This document shows positions 12,401-24,500 of a DNA stretch of 64,000 bases, piece after piece. The notes below the pieces were generated by a model, which saw nothing but the letters and a program-made list of their open reading frames with translations, did no database searches and was not told where the DNA came from. Position numbers and translations under genes: made by a program. The stretch is from Octopus sinensis (lineage: Eukaryota), in NCBI RefSeq assembly GCF_006345805.1, contig NC_043002.1, positions 18,414,001 through 18,478,000 on the forward strand. Direction: 5' to 3'. The first letter of the stretch is position 1, and each line of letters opens with the position of its first letter.

Positions 12401-12808
12401 ACTCTTTACTCTTTTACTTGTTTCAGTCATTTGACTGCGGCCATTCTGGAGCACCGCCTTTAGTCGAGCAAATCGACCCCAGGACTTATTCTTTGTAAGC
12501 CTAGTACTTATTCTATCGTTTTCTTTTGCCGAACCGCTAAGTTACGGGGACGTAAACACACAATCATCGGTTGTCAAACGATGTTGGCGGGGGACAAACA
12601 CAGACACACTAACACATATGCACACACATACATATATATATATACGATGGGCTTCTTTCAGTTTCCGTCTACCAAATCCACTCACAAGGCTTTGGTCGGT
12701 CCGAGGCTATAGTTGAAGACACTTGCACATGGTACCACGCAGTGGGACTGAACCCGGAACCATGTGTTTGGTAAGCAACCTACTTACCACGCAGCCACTC
12801 CTACGCCT
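12401..12808 (-). mobile_element. SINE family A, full length
   Basis: Reverse complement of the family A consensus with an internal CA/TA microsatellite. Confidence 0.85.
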
Positions 12809-13084
12809 ATAATAACATCACTATCAAGAACATTTCAATAACTCGTCTTCCTTGTTTCCTTATGTCTATACTGTAGTAATTCTCACACCGTAATCTTCTG
12901 AAAGATGCTGGTTTGCACGATTTTGTTTCTTTGATAAATTCTTCCAGAGGGAGTTTTTGTCGTTTATTGCTTGTGTAATCACAGCTGATGGAATATTTTC
13001 GACTCACTCTTCTATATAGTGATATCCTATCATATTTGTATTTAGTAAACGGAAAAACTCCTAAATACCATGTTGTTTTTTGTT

Positions 13085-13336
13085 CTTTCTCGAGCCATGC
13101 CTGGCTCATAAGGGCCGGCTTCCCGGTTTCTTGGCGTATAGGTCCATCGCAGGTGAATTGCAAGAGGAAAGAGTGAGAGAAAGTTGTGGCGAAAGAGTTT
13201 CGCCATTACCTTCTGCCGGAGCCGCGTAGAGCTTAGGTGTTTCGCTCATAAACACACACATCGTCCGGTCTGAGATTCGAACCCGCGGTCCCCTCGACCG
13301 CGAGTCCGCTGCTCTAACCACTAGGCCATGTGCCTC
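13085..13336 (-). mobile_element. SINE family C head with an alternative 3' module
   Basis: Shared head followed by cacctgcgatggac...ggcccttatgagccaggcatggctcgag. Confidence 0.75.
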
Positions 13337-13997
13337 TACAAAATACCATGGCATATTTCTCTGTATTAATCCTTCACTGTCTTTTAATGACATCCAAACA
13401 TATTCGTTAATTTAAACCGTTTGCTTTGAATTCGTTGATTTACCACGACCACGCTTTTGCACTAACTCTACTTTCTGTGCTATCAACGAAGACAGACGCT
13501 TCCCTTTCTGCGACTCTTTTCGACATTTTCATAATCCTCGATGAGTCCTCAGACGGCGGCGATGGCACATCTGTACTTTTAGGTTGCCCATATAGAAGCT
13601 ACACAACTTTATAAGCTGGTGTTGTTGTTTTCCTGTAAGCCAATTAAGTAACCTTCAGATTTCCTAACAAGTATGCATGTATGTATGTATATATATATAT
13701 GTATTCTCGTGTGTGTTTATTTCTGTATGACTGACCTGAAGATGCCAAGTCTAATGGTAATAAAATCAATGTCCTTTTTTTTTCTGCTCAAAGGAATTAC
13801 TTTCATAAATCAGTACAATCTTCAAAAACTGACAAATCATTTGTCATGTAGCGTAACTGACTTAAGTTATCAAATGACTAGAGGTCGTGAATCTTGGCTG
13901 CTTGCCTCTGTCTGAAATTTATTCTTTTTACACAATCGTAGTTGGTGTATTTGTTGTCGGTCAGAAGAAGCAAAGGAATAAAGAGAAGGATATAAAT

Positions 13998-14036
<39 letters not shown>

Positions 14037-14303
14037 AGGAGGAGGAGGAGGAGGAGAGGATTAGCGGCACCAGCGAGATAATTGTTTCAAACTGATGCAT
14101 TTCTAAATCGGCACTAAGGCCCCAGTGTTTAGCGCGAAGGGAATCTTTTAAGCCAAACATGACGACACAAACACGGTTAGATTTAGAACTGCAATGGTAA
14201 ATTTAGATAAATTGGTGCTTTTTCTAAAGACAAATAAAAGACACAGACTTATAAAAGACACATGGACGAACATGAGTTGACAGATGGTTGTTCAAAATAC
14301 GAA

Positions 14304-14719
14304 GGCGGCGAGCTGACAGAAACGTTAGCACGCCGGGCGAAATGCTTAGCGGTATTTCGGCTGCCGTTACGTTCTGAGTTCAAATTCCACGTAGGTCGAC
14401 TTTGCCTTTCATCCTTTCGGGGTCGATTAAATAAATACCAGATACGCACTGGGGTCGATGTAATCGACTTAATCCGTTTGTCTGTCCTTGTTTGTTCCCT
14501 CTGTATTTAGCCCCTTGTGGGTAGTAAAGAAATAGGTATTTCGGCTGCCGCTACGTTCTGAGTTCAAATTCCGTCGAGGTCGACTTTGCCTTTCATCCTT
14601 TCAGGATCGACTAATTAAGTACCAGTTACGCACTGGGGTCGATGTAATCGATTTAATCCGTTTGTCTGTCCTTGTTTGTCCTCTCTGTGTTTAGCCCCTT
14701 GTGGGTAGTAAAGAAATAG
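14304..14719 (+). mobile_element. SINE family B dimer (head plus two bodies), 14-bp TSD
   Basis: Body repeats at the junction gaaatag|gtatttcg; ggttgttcaaaata flanks both ends. Confidence 0.9.
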
Positions 14720-15159
14720 GTTGTTCAAAATATGGTGTGGCTGATGCCGTTTTGTTTCGTTTCATCGTCGTTGCTGTTGTGTAGCCTCGGTCAGCTCTGA
14801 CGGATCCAAACCCATCGTACGTAGGTAATCGGTTGCATGACGACACGACTTTAGTCAGGAATGAGTTGATTGAGCGCATATATACGACGGGCTTCCACAC
14901 AGTTTCCCTCTTCCAAATTCACTAACACGGTATTGGTCGTCCCAGAGTTATAGTAGAAGACACTTACTAAAGGCTCCGCACAGCGACACTCAACCCGAAA
15001 ACAGTTGGCTGCAAAACGCACTACTTAACAACTCAGCTATGTAGCACCTATAATATCACGTATCCCTTTAATATATTTTAGGGCGTGCATAGGAGAATCT
15101 ATCTGCGGTTACTTCGGCTTCTTTTGGAGAAGGTGAGAAGCTTTAAAATTGTATTAACT

Positions 15160-16030
15160 ATTCCGAATTTCGAGATTCTTGGTATTTTGCAGTTTTGGCC
15201 AACTGAGAAATACGAATCTCTAGTTTTATATTTCGATCTTTTTATGTGGTTTTGGTAACTAGCTAAGTTTTCTAGTTGTTAGAGTATATCTATAGTATTT
15301 TAAATAATTATTTTGATGTGGAATGTGACCTTTGTCGGAGTTTCTGGTGCTACTAATTTCTTTGCGTAGTGTGTTAATGCTTGTTTTGTGGTTTATGTTC
15401 GATACAAATATTTTCCATTTTTTTTCTTTAGTTTATTTTCTATGTTTATGTTATTTCCTTTGAAATTGTTCCTGGTTTCCATCAACTTAGCTATTTCAGT
15501 TGCGTAATTAGGAGTTATTGCTTAATGTCGCTTTGTAGAATGTGTCTTTAGAAGATTCTAAGTTTTTTCTCTTTATTATTTTTTTTTTTTGTTATATATA
15601 TATTCTGCTATGTCTGTTTTAATCATTTCGGTGTTGTTGAATTCGACAAACTGTAATTCTGTCTGTGTCGAAGTGTGGAAGTTTGTGAAGATGCTTTTAT
15701 TTTGTTCTTTGATGCGTGAACGTGTCGTGACAGTGACTAGAAGGTAATTAGAAGAGAGGTTGCGCCATTGATAGCTGCGTGTCAGAAGCAGAACTGATAT
15801 CTGGATTGCAGATATTTTAGTTAGCTTTTACGTGTGTTGGTATGGATTGCATGAGAGACTGACAGAGTTTAGTTGCAATGGTATTGTCGTTGTTTCTGTT
15901 ATTTATATTAATTCTGTACAAGGATGTCCTGTGAGCATTCAAATTTCGTTCACTGCGGTATTGTTTCTGCGGTAACCAGTTAGAACTAGTAACTTAGGTT
16001 GATGCTGGTATGTGTGTGTGAGGAGAAGGT
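15160..16030 (-). mobile_element. Highly decayed LINE (RTE-like) endonuclease/linker relic
   Basis: A-rich minus strand with a broken reading frame including SNYLLVTVT (SDH-like end of the APE domain); many stops. Confidence 0.35.
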
Positions 16031-16354
16031 CGTGTGATTTTACGAACTGACTCAAGGACCGGTAGTTTCGTGCATGGTACGAAATATATATCTAGTCATA
16101 TTCTTAGTTCTATTTATCCTGTTTGTATTAATAAATTTGTGTGTATGTACGTACATTTGCATGTGTATGTGAATGCATATACGTGTGCGCTTGCAGATGA
16201 AGGGCGCGTTATAAAAACCGACCTAGTCACTTGCCTTCACACCAAGAAACTATTAGTACCTCGCATCTTTAAATCTGTGTACATTAAATGATATTGCTCA
16301 CTGGATGGAGAGCTTTTTTTTAATCTTACCTTAACGGAACAGTAAACTAACATA

Positions 16355-16681
16355 ATCTGTCGGTTACGGCGACGAGGGTCCCTGTTGATCCGATCAACAG
16401 AACAGCCTACTCGTGAAATTAATGTGCAAGTGGCTGAGCACTCCACAGACACGTGTACCCTTAACGTGGTTCTTGAATTACAGGTACAGCAGAAACAGGA
16501 AGAAAGACTGAGAGAAAGTTGTGGTAAAAGAGTACAGCAGGGTTCGTCACCACCCCTGCCGGAGCCTCGTGGAGATGATTTAGGTGTTTTCGCTCAATAA
16601 ACACTCACAACTCCCGGTCTGGGAATCGAAACCGCGATTCTATGACCGCGAGTCCGCAGCCCTAATCACTGGGCCATTTCG

Positions 16682-16685
<4 letters not shown>
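16355..16685 (-). mobile_element. SINE family C, near full length
   Basis: Family C head and 3' end acgagtaggctgttctgttgatcgg...ctcgtcgccgtaaccgac. Confidence 0.85.
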
Positions 16686-16719
<34 letters not shown>

Positions 16720-16726
16720 GTATATA

Positions 16727-17153
16727 TAAACAGTAGCCACATCCAAGTGGCAGTTGAATGTTACAACTAGTTTAACCCCAGGCAAACTCTCCACCAGCTG
16801 GTTGTCGGTGCAACGGCTCTGCACCCTTTATATACCCTTTATATACAATACATCGCTAGCAGGGGAAGCAAACTCCTACTACCCTTCAGCGGCTAACAGG
16901 ATCGCGGGACTGGCCCAATTTCAAGCTCATCATCAGCCGCGCACACCTGCGCACTAGAGAGATATCTAGGATCCGCTTCTGCCAGTGTTATATTGTAAAC
17001 AAGGTGACCATCGGTCACTGATTTGCAACAAGCAGAATAGCTAGTTATAAAATCTCAAGATGAGATAGAATAGTAACGTATACTAAACAGTAAAGCGAGT
17101 AGCCACCCACATCAAAGTGGTAGTTGTATGTTACTGCTAGTTTAACCATAGGC
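16727..17153 (-). mobile_element. 370-bp-period direct-repeat mini-element carrying a hammerhead (Penelope pLTR/retrozyme-like)
   Basis: 16727-16783 recurs at 17085-17153; abuts (CA)n(TA)n and contains the HHR at 16903-16941. Confidence 0.65.
16903..16941 (-). ncRNA. Type I hammerhead ribozyme, apparently intact core
   Basis: CGCGG-CUGAUGA-U-GAGCUU-GAAA-UUGGGCCAG-UC-CCGCG: 5-bp GC stem I, minimal stem II, near-palindromic stem III, GUC cleavage triplet. Confidence 0.75.
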
Positions 17154-17291
17154 TGATTTGTGCGTTCTTTTATAAATTACTTTGGCTCCATAACATCATT
17201 AACACATTTCAGTAAGCTTAAATATTACGTTGTTGTTACATGACTTATAATGACTACATTCTACTTCTAGTTGTGCATATTCTATGTGATC

Positions 17292-17680
17292 ACTCTTACT
17301 CTTTTACTTGTTTCACTCATGTGACTGTGGCCATGCTGGAGCACCGCCTTTAGGTGAGCAAATCCACCCCATGACTTTTATCTCTCTATTTTGCCGAACC
17401 GCTAATGTTACGGAGACGTAAACACGCCAGCATCGGTTGTCAAGCGATGTTGGGGGGACAAACACAGACACACAAACATATAGACACACATACATGTATA
17501 TATACATATATCCGACGGGCGTCTTTCAGTTTCCGTCTACCAAATCCACTCACAAAGCTTTGGTAGGCTATAGTAGAAGACACTTGCCCAAGATGCCACG
17601 CAGTGGGACTGAACCCGGAACCATGTGGTTAGTAAGCAAGCTACTTACCACACAGTCACATCTACTTACCACACAGCCAC
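17292..17680 (-). mobile_element. SINE family A
   Basis: Family A consensus; a short inverted copy of the head start follows at 17681-17700. Confidence 0.85.
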
Positions 17681-17710
17681 TATAGGCGTAGGAGTGGCTG
17701 ATGAGTGAAT

Positions 17711-18137
17711 ATTCTGTAAATAATAATAATAGTATTTTATAAGCTTCACACTTATAAGCGATCACCGTGCAGTGACTAAAGAAAATAGTCTAATAATGAA
17801 GCATATAAGCGCTCGACAGAAAAAATAGGTTTCCCCGTACGCGTGGGACTCGAACCCACATCTCTTTGTTTTTGCGACAAGTGTGCTTTCCATTTACACC
17901 AACTTACAACCTTGTTACATGCCGTCAGATTTAAGAACTATAATTAGTCCGTAGTGTTGTTTTTTTAAACAAACTTTCATGTGCTTTTTACTGCGATGGT
18001 TTTTGTTAAGCAGTGTCGATGTTTACAATTCTGTAAGTAATATTAATATTAGTATTTTATAAGCTTAAAGCTTATAAGCGATCACCGTGCGATGACTAAA
18101 GAAAATTGTCTAATAATGGGACATATAACCAGTCGAC
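17711..18137 (-). mobile_element. ~319-bp-period direct-repeat element with internal tRNA-like sequence
   Basis: About 107 bp at 17711-17817 recurs at 18030-18137; ends at (TA)n. Confidence 0.65.
17834..17910 (-). pseudogene. tRNA-like pseudogene / Pol III promoter head
   Basis: A box tggtgtaaatgg, perfect T arm gtggg-ttcgagt-cccac, acceptor stem 6/7 with G.U pairs; anticodon loop lacks U33, so not a functional tRNA. Confidence 0.55.
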
Positions 18138-18308
18138 TGATATATATATATATAATAAAACTTTACATAAATAAATAACATGAAATACACGAAGGAACGA
18201 ACAAAAAGACAAACGGGTCATTCAAAGCCTTCATATATATTGATAAAAATGGTAAGACAATAAAAGAAAGAATGAGACCTCGATATTATGTAAATAGAGG
18301 AATTTATC

Positions 18309-18456
18309 TGTAAATGTAATATGTGACAATTATTCGGTAGCCATGGCAAAACTCCGAGTTTCGGATAACTGAAGAGATGGCGGCGTGGATTTCCACCTCG
18401 GCATCCGAAACTCGGAGTTTTATCATGGCTACCGAATAATTGTCACATATTACATT

Positions 18457-18460
<4 letters not shown>
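18309..18460. repeat. Inverted repeat (58-bp arms) enclosing a hammerhead; Penelope-type inverted pLTR
   Basis: 18309-18366 mirrors 18403-18460; ends at (TA)n. Confidence 0.85.
18364..18424 (+). ncRNA. Type I hammerhead ribozyme motif with long stem II
   Basis: GAUAA-CUGAAGA-gaug...cauc-c-GAAA-CUCGGAG-UU-UUAUC; GUU triplet, 5-bp stem I; stem II has a 1-nt register defect. Confidence 0.6.
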
Positions 18461-18505
<45 letters not shown>

Positions 18506-19505
18506 GACGGCCTTCTTTCAGTTTCCTTCTATCATACCCTCTCACAAGGTTTTGGTCGGCCTGAGGTTATTGTAAAAGACACTTGCCCAAGGTTCGTTGC
18601 AGTGGGACTGAAAACCGGAACTATATGGTTGGGAAGCAAACTTCTTACACAAGCCCAATAGAATCTATAAACAGAATGTCATTTTTTATATATATTTTAT
18701 GAACGTCTGTTTTCAATCTGATGACTGTCCTGGTCCAGATACTACTGATAACCGGAAAGGTTATAATCTATTATATCGGCCTCAATACTGACTGCAACAA
18801 TAATCCATCGATTACAGAATAATATAAATCAAATATGACCCTGGTGAAATTTGAACTCCTATAAACCAAAAAGATTTTGTCCGTCTCTACCGATTCTACC
18901 AACCCACTGAGAATTATTCCACTGTTAAGAAACACGAAATTGAATCAGGTGAAACTTCAACTAAAAGCTCTAACATGCAGCACGTGCAGTTAAGTACTAA
19001 AACTAGAGGTGTGGTTTGCTTGTCGTGGGCACCTGCCAAATCGAGTTGTGATTTTGCTGGTAGAAAGTTCCAGAATTTATGGAATTCACGCTCTAAAGAA
19101 ACATTTCAATCAAATATGTCATCTGCAGAAAGTGTACAAGTTACGAAGAATTCAACAAAGCAGCGAAATAAATTACACAGTAATGGAATCAAATGCTAAC
19201 AGTAAGTCTATGTTATAGTTTAGTGAGCAGTAACGAAATCAAGGTGAACAAGTGAAAATATTGATTGCCATGTCCATGAATTTTAGCAATGCGCTCTGTT
19301 TAAAGTTTCCTTGATCACGTGATAAAATACAGTATATTTCCAGAAATCTGTCGCTGCAGAGATGTGCTTTCAAATTCTTGAGTGCATTAACCATATCGTT
19401 TTGTAAAATATGATGAATGGCTATGTTTAATTCCTCTTATCTCGTATTAACTGTGGATGGCAAATGCATTTCAATTAATAAAATATTGGTTATTACATAT
19501 AAGCT

Positions 19506-19536
<31 letters not shown>

Positions 19537-19550
19537 CTTGCTAGATCTGA

Positions 19551-19826
19551 ATGAATCTTTCCTGTAGACAGGCGTAGTAGTGGATGTGTGGTAAGTAGCT
19601 TGCTTACCAGCCACATGGTTCCGGGTTCAATCCCACTGCGTGGTATCTTGAGCAAATGCCTTGTGAGTGGATTTGGTAGACGGAAACCGTTTGTGTGTTT
19701 GTGTTTGTCCCCCATCATCACTTGACGACCGATGCTGGTGTGTTTCCGTCCCTGTAACTTAGCGGTTCGGCAAAAGAAAACGATAGAATAAGTACTGGGC
19801 TTACAAAGAATAAGTCCTGGGGTCGA
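19551..19826 (+). mobile_element. Internally deleted SINE family A plus 20-bp flank, left arm of an inverted duplication
   Basis: Same two deletions and same atgaatctttcctgtagaca flank as the reverse complement at 22548-22823. Confidence 0.85.
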
Positions 19827-19829
19827 ATA

Positions 19830-20120
19830 AGTCCATAGGTAGCGCCTATGACATCGGCAGCTCTCCCGACACCGACGGGACCGATGCTATTACAAGTCAA
19901 CACCGTCCAAAATGGTGAAATATTCATATATTTCTCGCAGTGAGGGAGTTTCAGAGTCGTGAGGTTTTGTAAGAGAAAGATTGGGGTAAGTGGTTCGTGC
20001 AGGTTGAGGCTGGAGTTGGCCAGAGATAGGAGTGAGTCGGTGAATGGTTTTATAACAATCAGACGATCGGCTCTTTTCTGGGTGTAATATAGGATGTTTT
20101 TGTGTACAGCAGATGTGGTA
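19830..20120 (-). mobile_element. CR1-group LINE reverse transcriptase C-terminal relic
   Basis: QKRADRLIVIKPFTDSLLSLA followed by LSYKTSRL*NSL, resembling the QRxAxRLI...RTSRLWNSLP pattern. Confidence 0.45.
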
Positions 20121-20879
20121 AAAGTATCCCTTGAATGTCTCACCTGTGCCTTGTAGAGTATTTAGGTGGCGAATTAGCAGAGTGGGCAGAACGTCAGACA
20201 AAATTATTCGCGATATATGCTCTGCGTTCAAATCCCGCCAAGATCAACTTTGCCTTCCATCGCTTTGCGATCGATAAAAAAAATATACCATTCAAGGTTG
20301 TGGGTGAGTGGACTATAAGATCGCTGGATCAGATGCCTTCCTGTATTTGCCCCGGCTTTATGTACTCCGAGTTCAAATCCCGCGAACGTCTGCACGGTTG
20401 GTAGCCTTGCACGTCACCCAATTTAATACCACTACTTCGCACCCTGAGTACCCTTAACGAAGTTAACTCTACTGCAGGCACTCAGGCCATGCTTCCAGTA
20501 TGGTGATATTTTCTAACTCCCTCTAAACAGTCTCAGAGGCCCTGTAATGGACCATGGTTATTTTCTTCCCTCCTGACTAAAAGACAAACAACATATAAAT
20601 GTAAAAGCAAGGCAATTCTTCGGGATATAATTTATTACATATATTTTCTCAGACTGTTTTATGTATTTGTGAAACCCATTTGCCAGACAACCTCTGTATC
20701 GTAGGCCTAGGATTTTACATTTGTCAAGGACGAGACCGATCTTCGACAACAGCTCACCACCACACAGTAGAAATGTTTTCAACATACAGCAGCATCCAAA
20801 TATTGAACGACTGTTGCCAATGCTCAGTGCTTATGTGTCTGAATAATTCGTGAATGCAAAATCCATAAATGTTATATTG

Positions 20880-21670
20880 AATACATGAACTTTGAAATTT
20901 ATGTGCAGAAGCCGCGAAGAAGCCACCATCTATTCTATGTTATAAAACCTTTTCAAATGAAAGTGTGAATCTAGCCAAACTTTGCCGGCATTTAGAAATG
21001 ACACATAAAGAATACATCAACAAACCTGTTGGATATCTTCAAAAAAGAAAGCGAGAAATGCTTTGAAAACAAAATTCAATAGAAAATATAGCAACTGGCT
21101 CTGGTAATAAAAACATTGTATTAGCTTGGAATGATGTGTCTCTTTTAATGGGAACGAGTGGAGAACTGTGCACCATATCAGAGGAACTAATTCTACCTGC
21201 TGCCAAAGCAATTGCTTCTAGAATACAAGGGGACAAAGAAGAAAAGAATTATAATATGATTTCATTATCAAAGACCACTGTGAATCGCCGAATAGAAGAC
21301 GTGTCTGATAATGTTAAAAAACCAGCAAGTGAAAAGAATGGTAAAAAATAAAATCAGTGTTATTCTTTACAATTAGATGAAAGTACCGATGCTGCTAAAA
21401 GTTTCGATTTGTTTGTATTGATATGCTATGAATTTGAAGATACAATTAGGAAAGGTTTTCTGTTTTGTCAACCATTGTCAACCCGCAAGCAAACTGATTC
21501 TATTTTTAATAATCTGAATGATTTCATTTTTGCAATGGAATTGGGTAGTCAAAATATATAGAACTCAATACTGGTGGAGCTTATTGCAATGAGAAGAATA
21601 TACAGAAGACTCGAGGCAAATATTCGAGTTATTATACCAAATGTCAAATGAATGTATAGCAGCAAATATA
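20880..21670 (+). mobile_element. hAT (Buster/Charlie, ZBED5-like) transposase pseudogene, N-terminal half
   Basis: CYKTFSNESVNLAKLCRHLEMTH (BED finger), TISEELILPAA, SKTTVNRRIEDVS, YSLQLDESTD (first catalytic Asp), FLFCQPL; stops and frameshifts present, no TIRs identified. Confidence 0.85.
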
Positions 21671-22479
21671 TAAAATTATTGGTTACAAAAAATAAGCGTC
21701 AAGAAAATTGAAGATTACTTTGGAGCATTTCAGCATAGAAGGCACCCTTTTTTTTTTGTAAAATATTAACTTTGAAAATCATCATGCACCTTCCATTGGG
21801 TAGTTATTACTGTAGTTTTACAAGGGTTAGCTGGAATTAAACCTTTACTAAGACTGTTATTTTATTACTTAGCAATTGCAAGTATTGTCTATACTATAAA
21901 ATATTTCATTTGCCTCAAAATGTTGATATAAATGCAGTTACAGTTACTCAGTAAATACGTATATGAATGAATATTTATAGAACTGTTTAAGTGAAGAACA
22001 TAGTGTTAAGTACTACACTAATACCCGGCAGCAAACCACCCAGTAGCTGACCATTATGTGGTGATTTCATTCAACGATGGGCGTAAACACGCGGCTGGCT
22101 TGCCTGCCGATTCTGCCTGATAACCGACATTTAATGAGTCCCCGCCGGACTCTATCCTTGCATTTCCAAAACCAGGCTACGTTTTCCATGATACAGAGTC
22201 TACCATGCCGCCAAATATGGTAATTAATTTTATTAAAATTTCATTCATTAAATTTCCCGAATTTTAGCGTTTTCTGTAAGCCGATAGGTGTTCCTATAAA
22301 TAACAGCCCTTACATCCTTAAGTCTGTCGGCTGTCTCCTGGCAGAGTGTTTCCCAACACAATTATACCTTTATTATAAGTTATTCTATGAAAACGAATGA
22401 TTCCTTAACTTTTTGTGGCTATTCAAGGCCCATATATGTCTGACAGTTTTACATACTTCACTACCCTAAATTTAAGTCT

Positions 22480-22823
22480 TTTACTCTTTTGCTTGTTTCA
22501 GTCATTTGACTGCAGCTATGCTGGAGCACCGCCTTTAGTCGAGCAAATCGACCCCAGGACTTATTCTTTGTAAGCCCAGTACTTATTCTATCGTTTTCTT
22601 TTGCCGAACCGCTAAGTTACGGGGACGGAAACACACCAGCATCGGTCGTCAAGTGATGATGGGGGACAAACACAAACACACAAATGGTTTCCGTCTACCA
22701 AATCCACTCACAAGGCATTTGCCCAAGATACCACGCAGTGGGACTGAACCCGGAACCATGTAGTTGGTAAGCAAGCTATTTGCTACACATCCACTACTAC
22801 GCCTGTCTACAGGAAAGATTCAT
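22480..22823 (-). mobile_element. Internally deleted SINE family A plus flank, right arm of the inverted duplication
   Basis: Reverse complement of 19551-19826 (about 10 differences by eye) and retains the complete tail. Confidence 0.85.
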
Positions 22824-23530
22824 AACTATTCTAAAATTTGACGGTAACGTAGAAGCCATGATCGTAAAATTAAACTTCTAGTCTGTCTGCAAAGTGATTT
22901 GTTTGAAATCTTTCTGCGATTCACTTTCTTGCAGAACCGAATGGATAACCTCACTGAAAAAAAAACTTTGCAATTCTGCATTTGCAATGTCTGAATAACA
23001 AATTTAGAAATTATTCTTGTTTTTTGGGGTTTTTTTTTTTGTTTTTGTTTTTTTTGACACCTATAACAAATAGATAGGTAATTCCTTTGATCTTGTGGTT
23101 TAAAAAAAGTTTGAAATATTTAACTTAACATTGACAAAATATTTTGTCTGCCGCTACGTTCTGAGTTCAAATTCCACTGAGGTCAATTTTACCTTTCAAT
23201 CCTTTTGGGGTCGATAAAATAAGTACCAGTTGCATTCTGGCGTCGATCTAATAAACTGGCACCCTCCCCAAAAATGTCAGGCCTTGTGCCTAGAGTAGAA
23301 AAGAATATTCCTTTCAGCTTCCTAGAGGAATTTTAATTTAGATAATTTAAAGTATTTCTTAGTCGTTAAATAGTATCACATATCAGGGGTAGTTTATGTA
23401 TGCAGAAGTAGATACAGTGATATAAAGTGACCTACCCACATAAGTGACAACGAACCGTAAGAAATTTTTGCTAAGTTTGTGCATACAGACAGTAGTAATT
23501 TGGCTTGTTCCCAGTACTCTATTTTTAATA

Positions 23531-23715
23531 AGGCGGCAAGGTGACAGAATCATTAGCACGCCAGGCAATATGCTTAGCGGCAGTTCTGAGTTCAAATTCC
23601 ACCAAGGTCGACTCTGCCTTTCATCCACAGGATCGATAAAATGTAATGGACTGTTCCCCTCCTCAAAAAATCCAGGCCTTGCGCCTATAACAGAAAGGAT
23701 TATTGTTATTATTAT
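23531..23715 (+). mobile_element. SINE family B variant ending in an (ATT)n tail
   Basis: Family B head, alternative 3' end ...ggccttgcgcctataacagaaaggattattgttatt. Confidence 0.7.
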
Positions 23716-24500
23716 CATCGCCTTTGCACTGCTTCTAATGCTGGAGATGTACTACAGTGTCAGCTGTTCACTACCAGTAAACTAAGGTAACACCTCTTAT
23801 TTTTCGAGCACCTTCCGGAGTATTCGAGCGGTTCCAAGTAGTGCTGTTTTCTGCAAGTGCTCCACGCTTATTGCAGTCCCTATTTGTTCCACGTACTTCT
23901 CGAGATTTTTGCTCACTGTTCCAATGGATCCGACAATTATTAGTACTACTGCTACCTTTTTCATCGACCATAACTGCTAAACTTCCCAAGCTAACCTGTC
24001 ATATCTATCGATTTTTCTTTCTTCCTTATCGCATACCTTGTTGTCAGCTGGGCATACTATATCTATGATCCAGCATAGTTTGTTTTCTTTCTCAATTAAG
24101 ACTATGTCCGGCTTCCTATTCTCTATCTCATGGTCGCACTGAATCATAAAATCCCATAGGATCTTTGCATTTCTATTTTCGACGATGCCCTCGGTTTTGT
24201 GATCGTACCAATTTTTTGCTCTGTCAAGTCCAGTCTTGTTGCAAAATGTCCAATGGACAAGCCTGGCTATATTGTCGTGGCGTCTCTTATATTCCTTCTG
24301 GGCTAGTGGCATACATTGGCTGGTAATATGCTATACAGTTTCACCGTTTTGTCCACAGATTGTGCACTTACCACTTTCTGCTGTGTTGTCTATTCTGTAT
24401 TTTCTATAGTTTGTTCTTAGTGCTTGCTCTTGGGCAGCACAGATTAGAGCCCTCGTTTCCGGTTTTAAATCACTTTTAGTCATCCACAATCATCTTTTTC
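23716..24500 (-). mobile_element. R4/Dong-clade non-LTR retrotransposon 3' fragment
   Basis: KRETRALICAAQEQAL, AQKEYKRRHDNIARLVHW, KILWDF, RKPDIVLIEKENKLCWIIDIVCPAD (RLE), ARILRKVLEK-stop, short 3' UTR, then (TAA)n. Confidence 0.9.

Noticed and set aside
18975-19218. Possible BED-finger transposase fragment
   Set aside because: Cys/His spacing is not convincing and there are no further transposase motifs.
22935-23000. Plus-strand acceptor followed by EWITSLKKKL (PH-domain-like end)
   Set aside because: Isolated short match with no upstream exons found.
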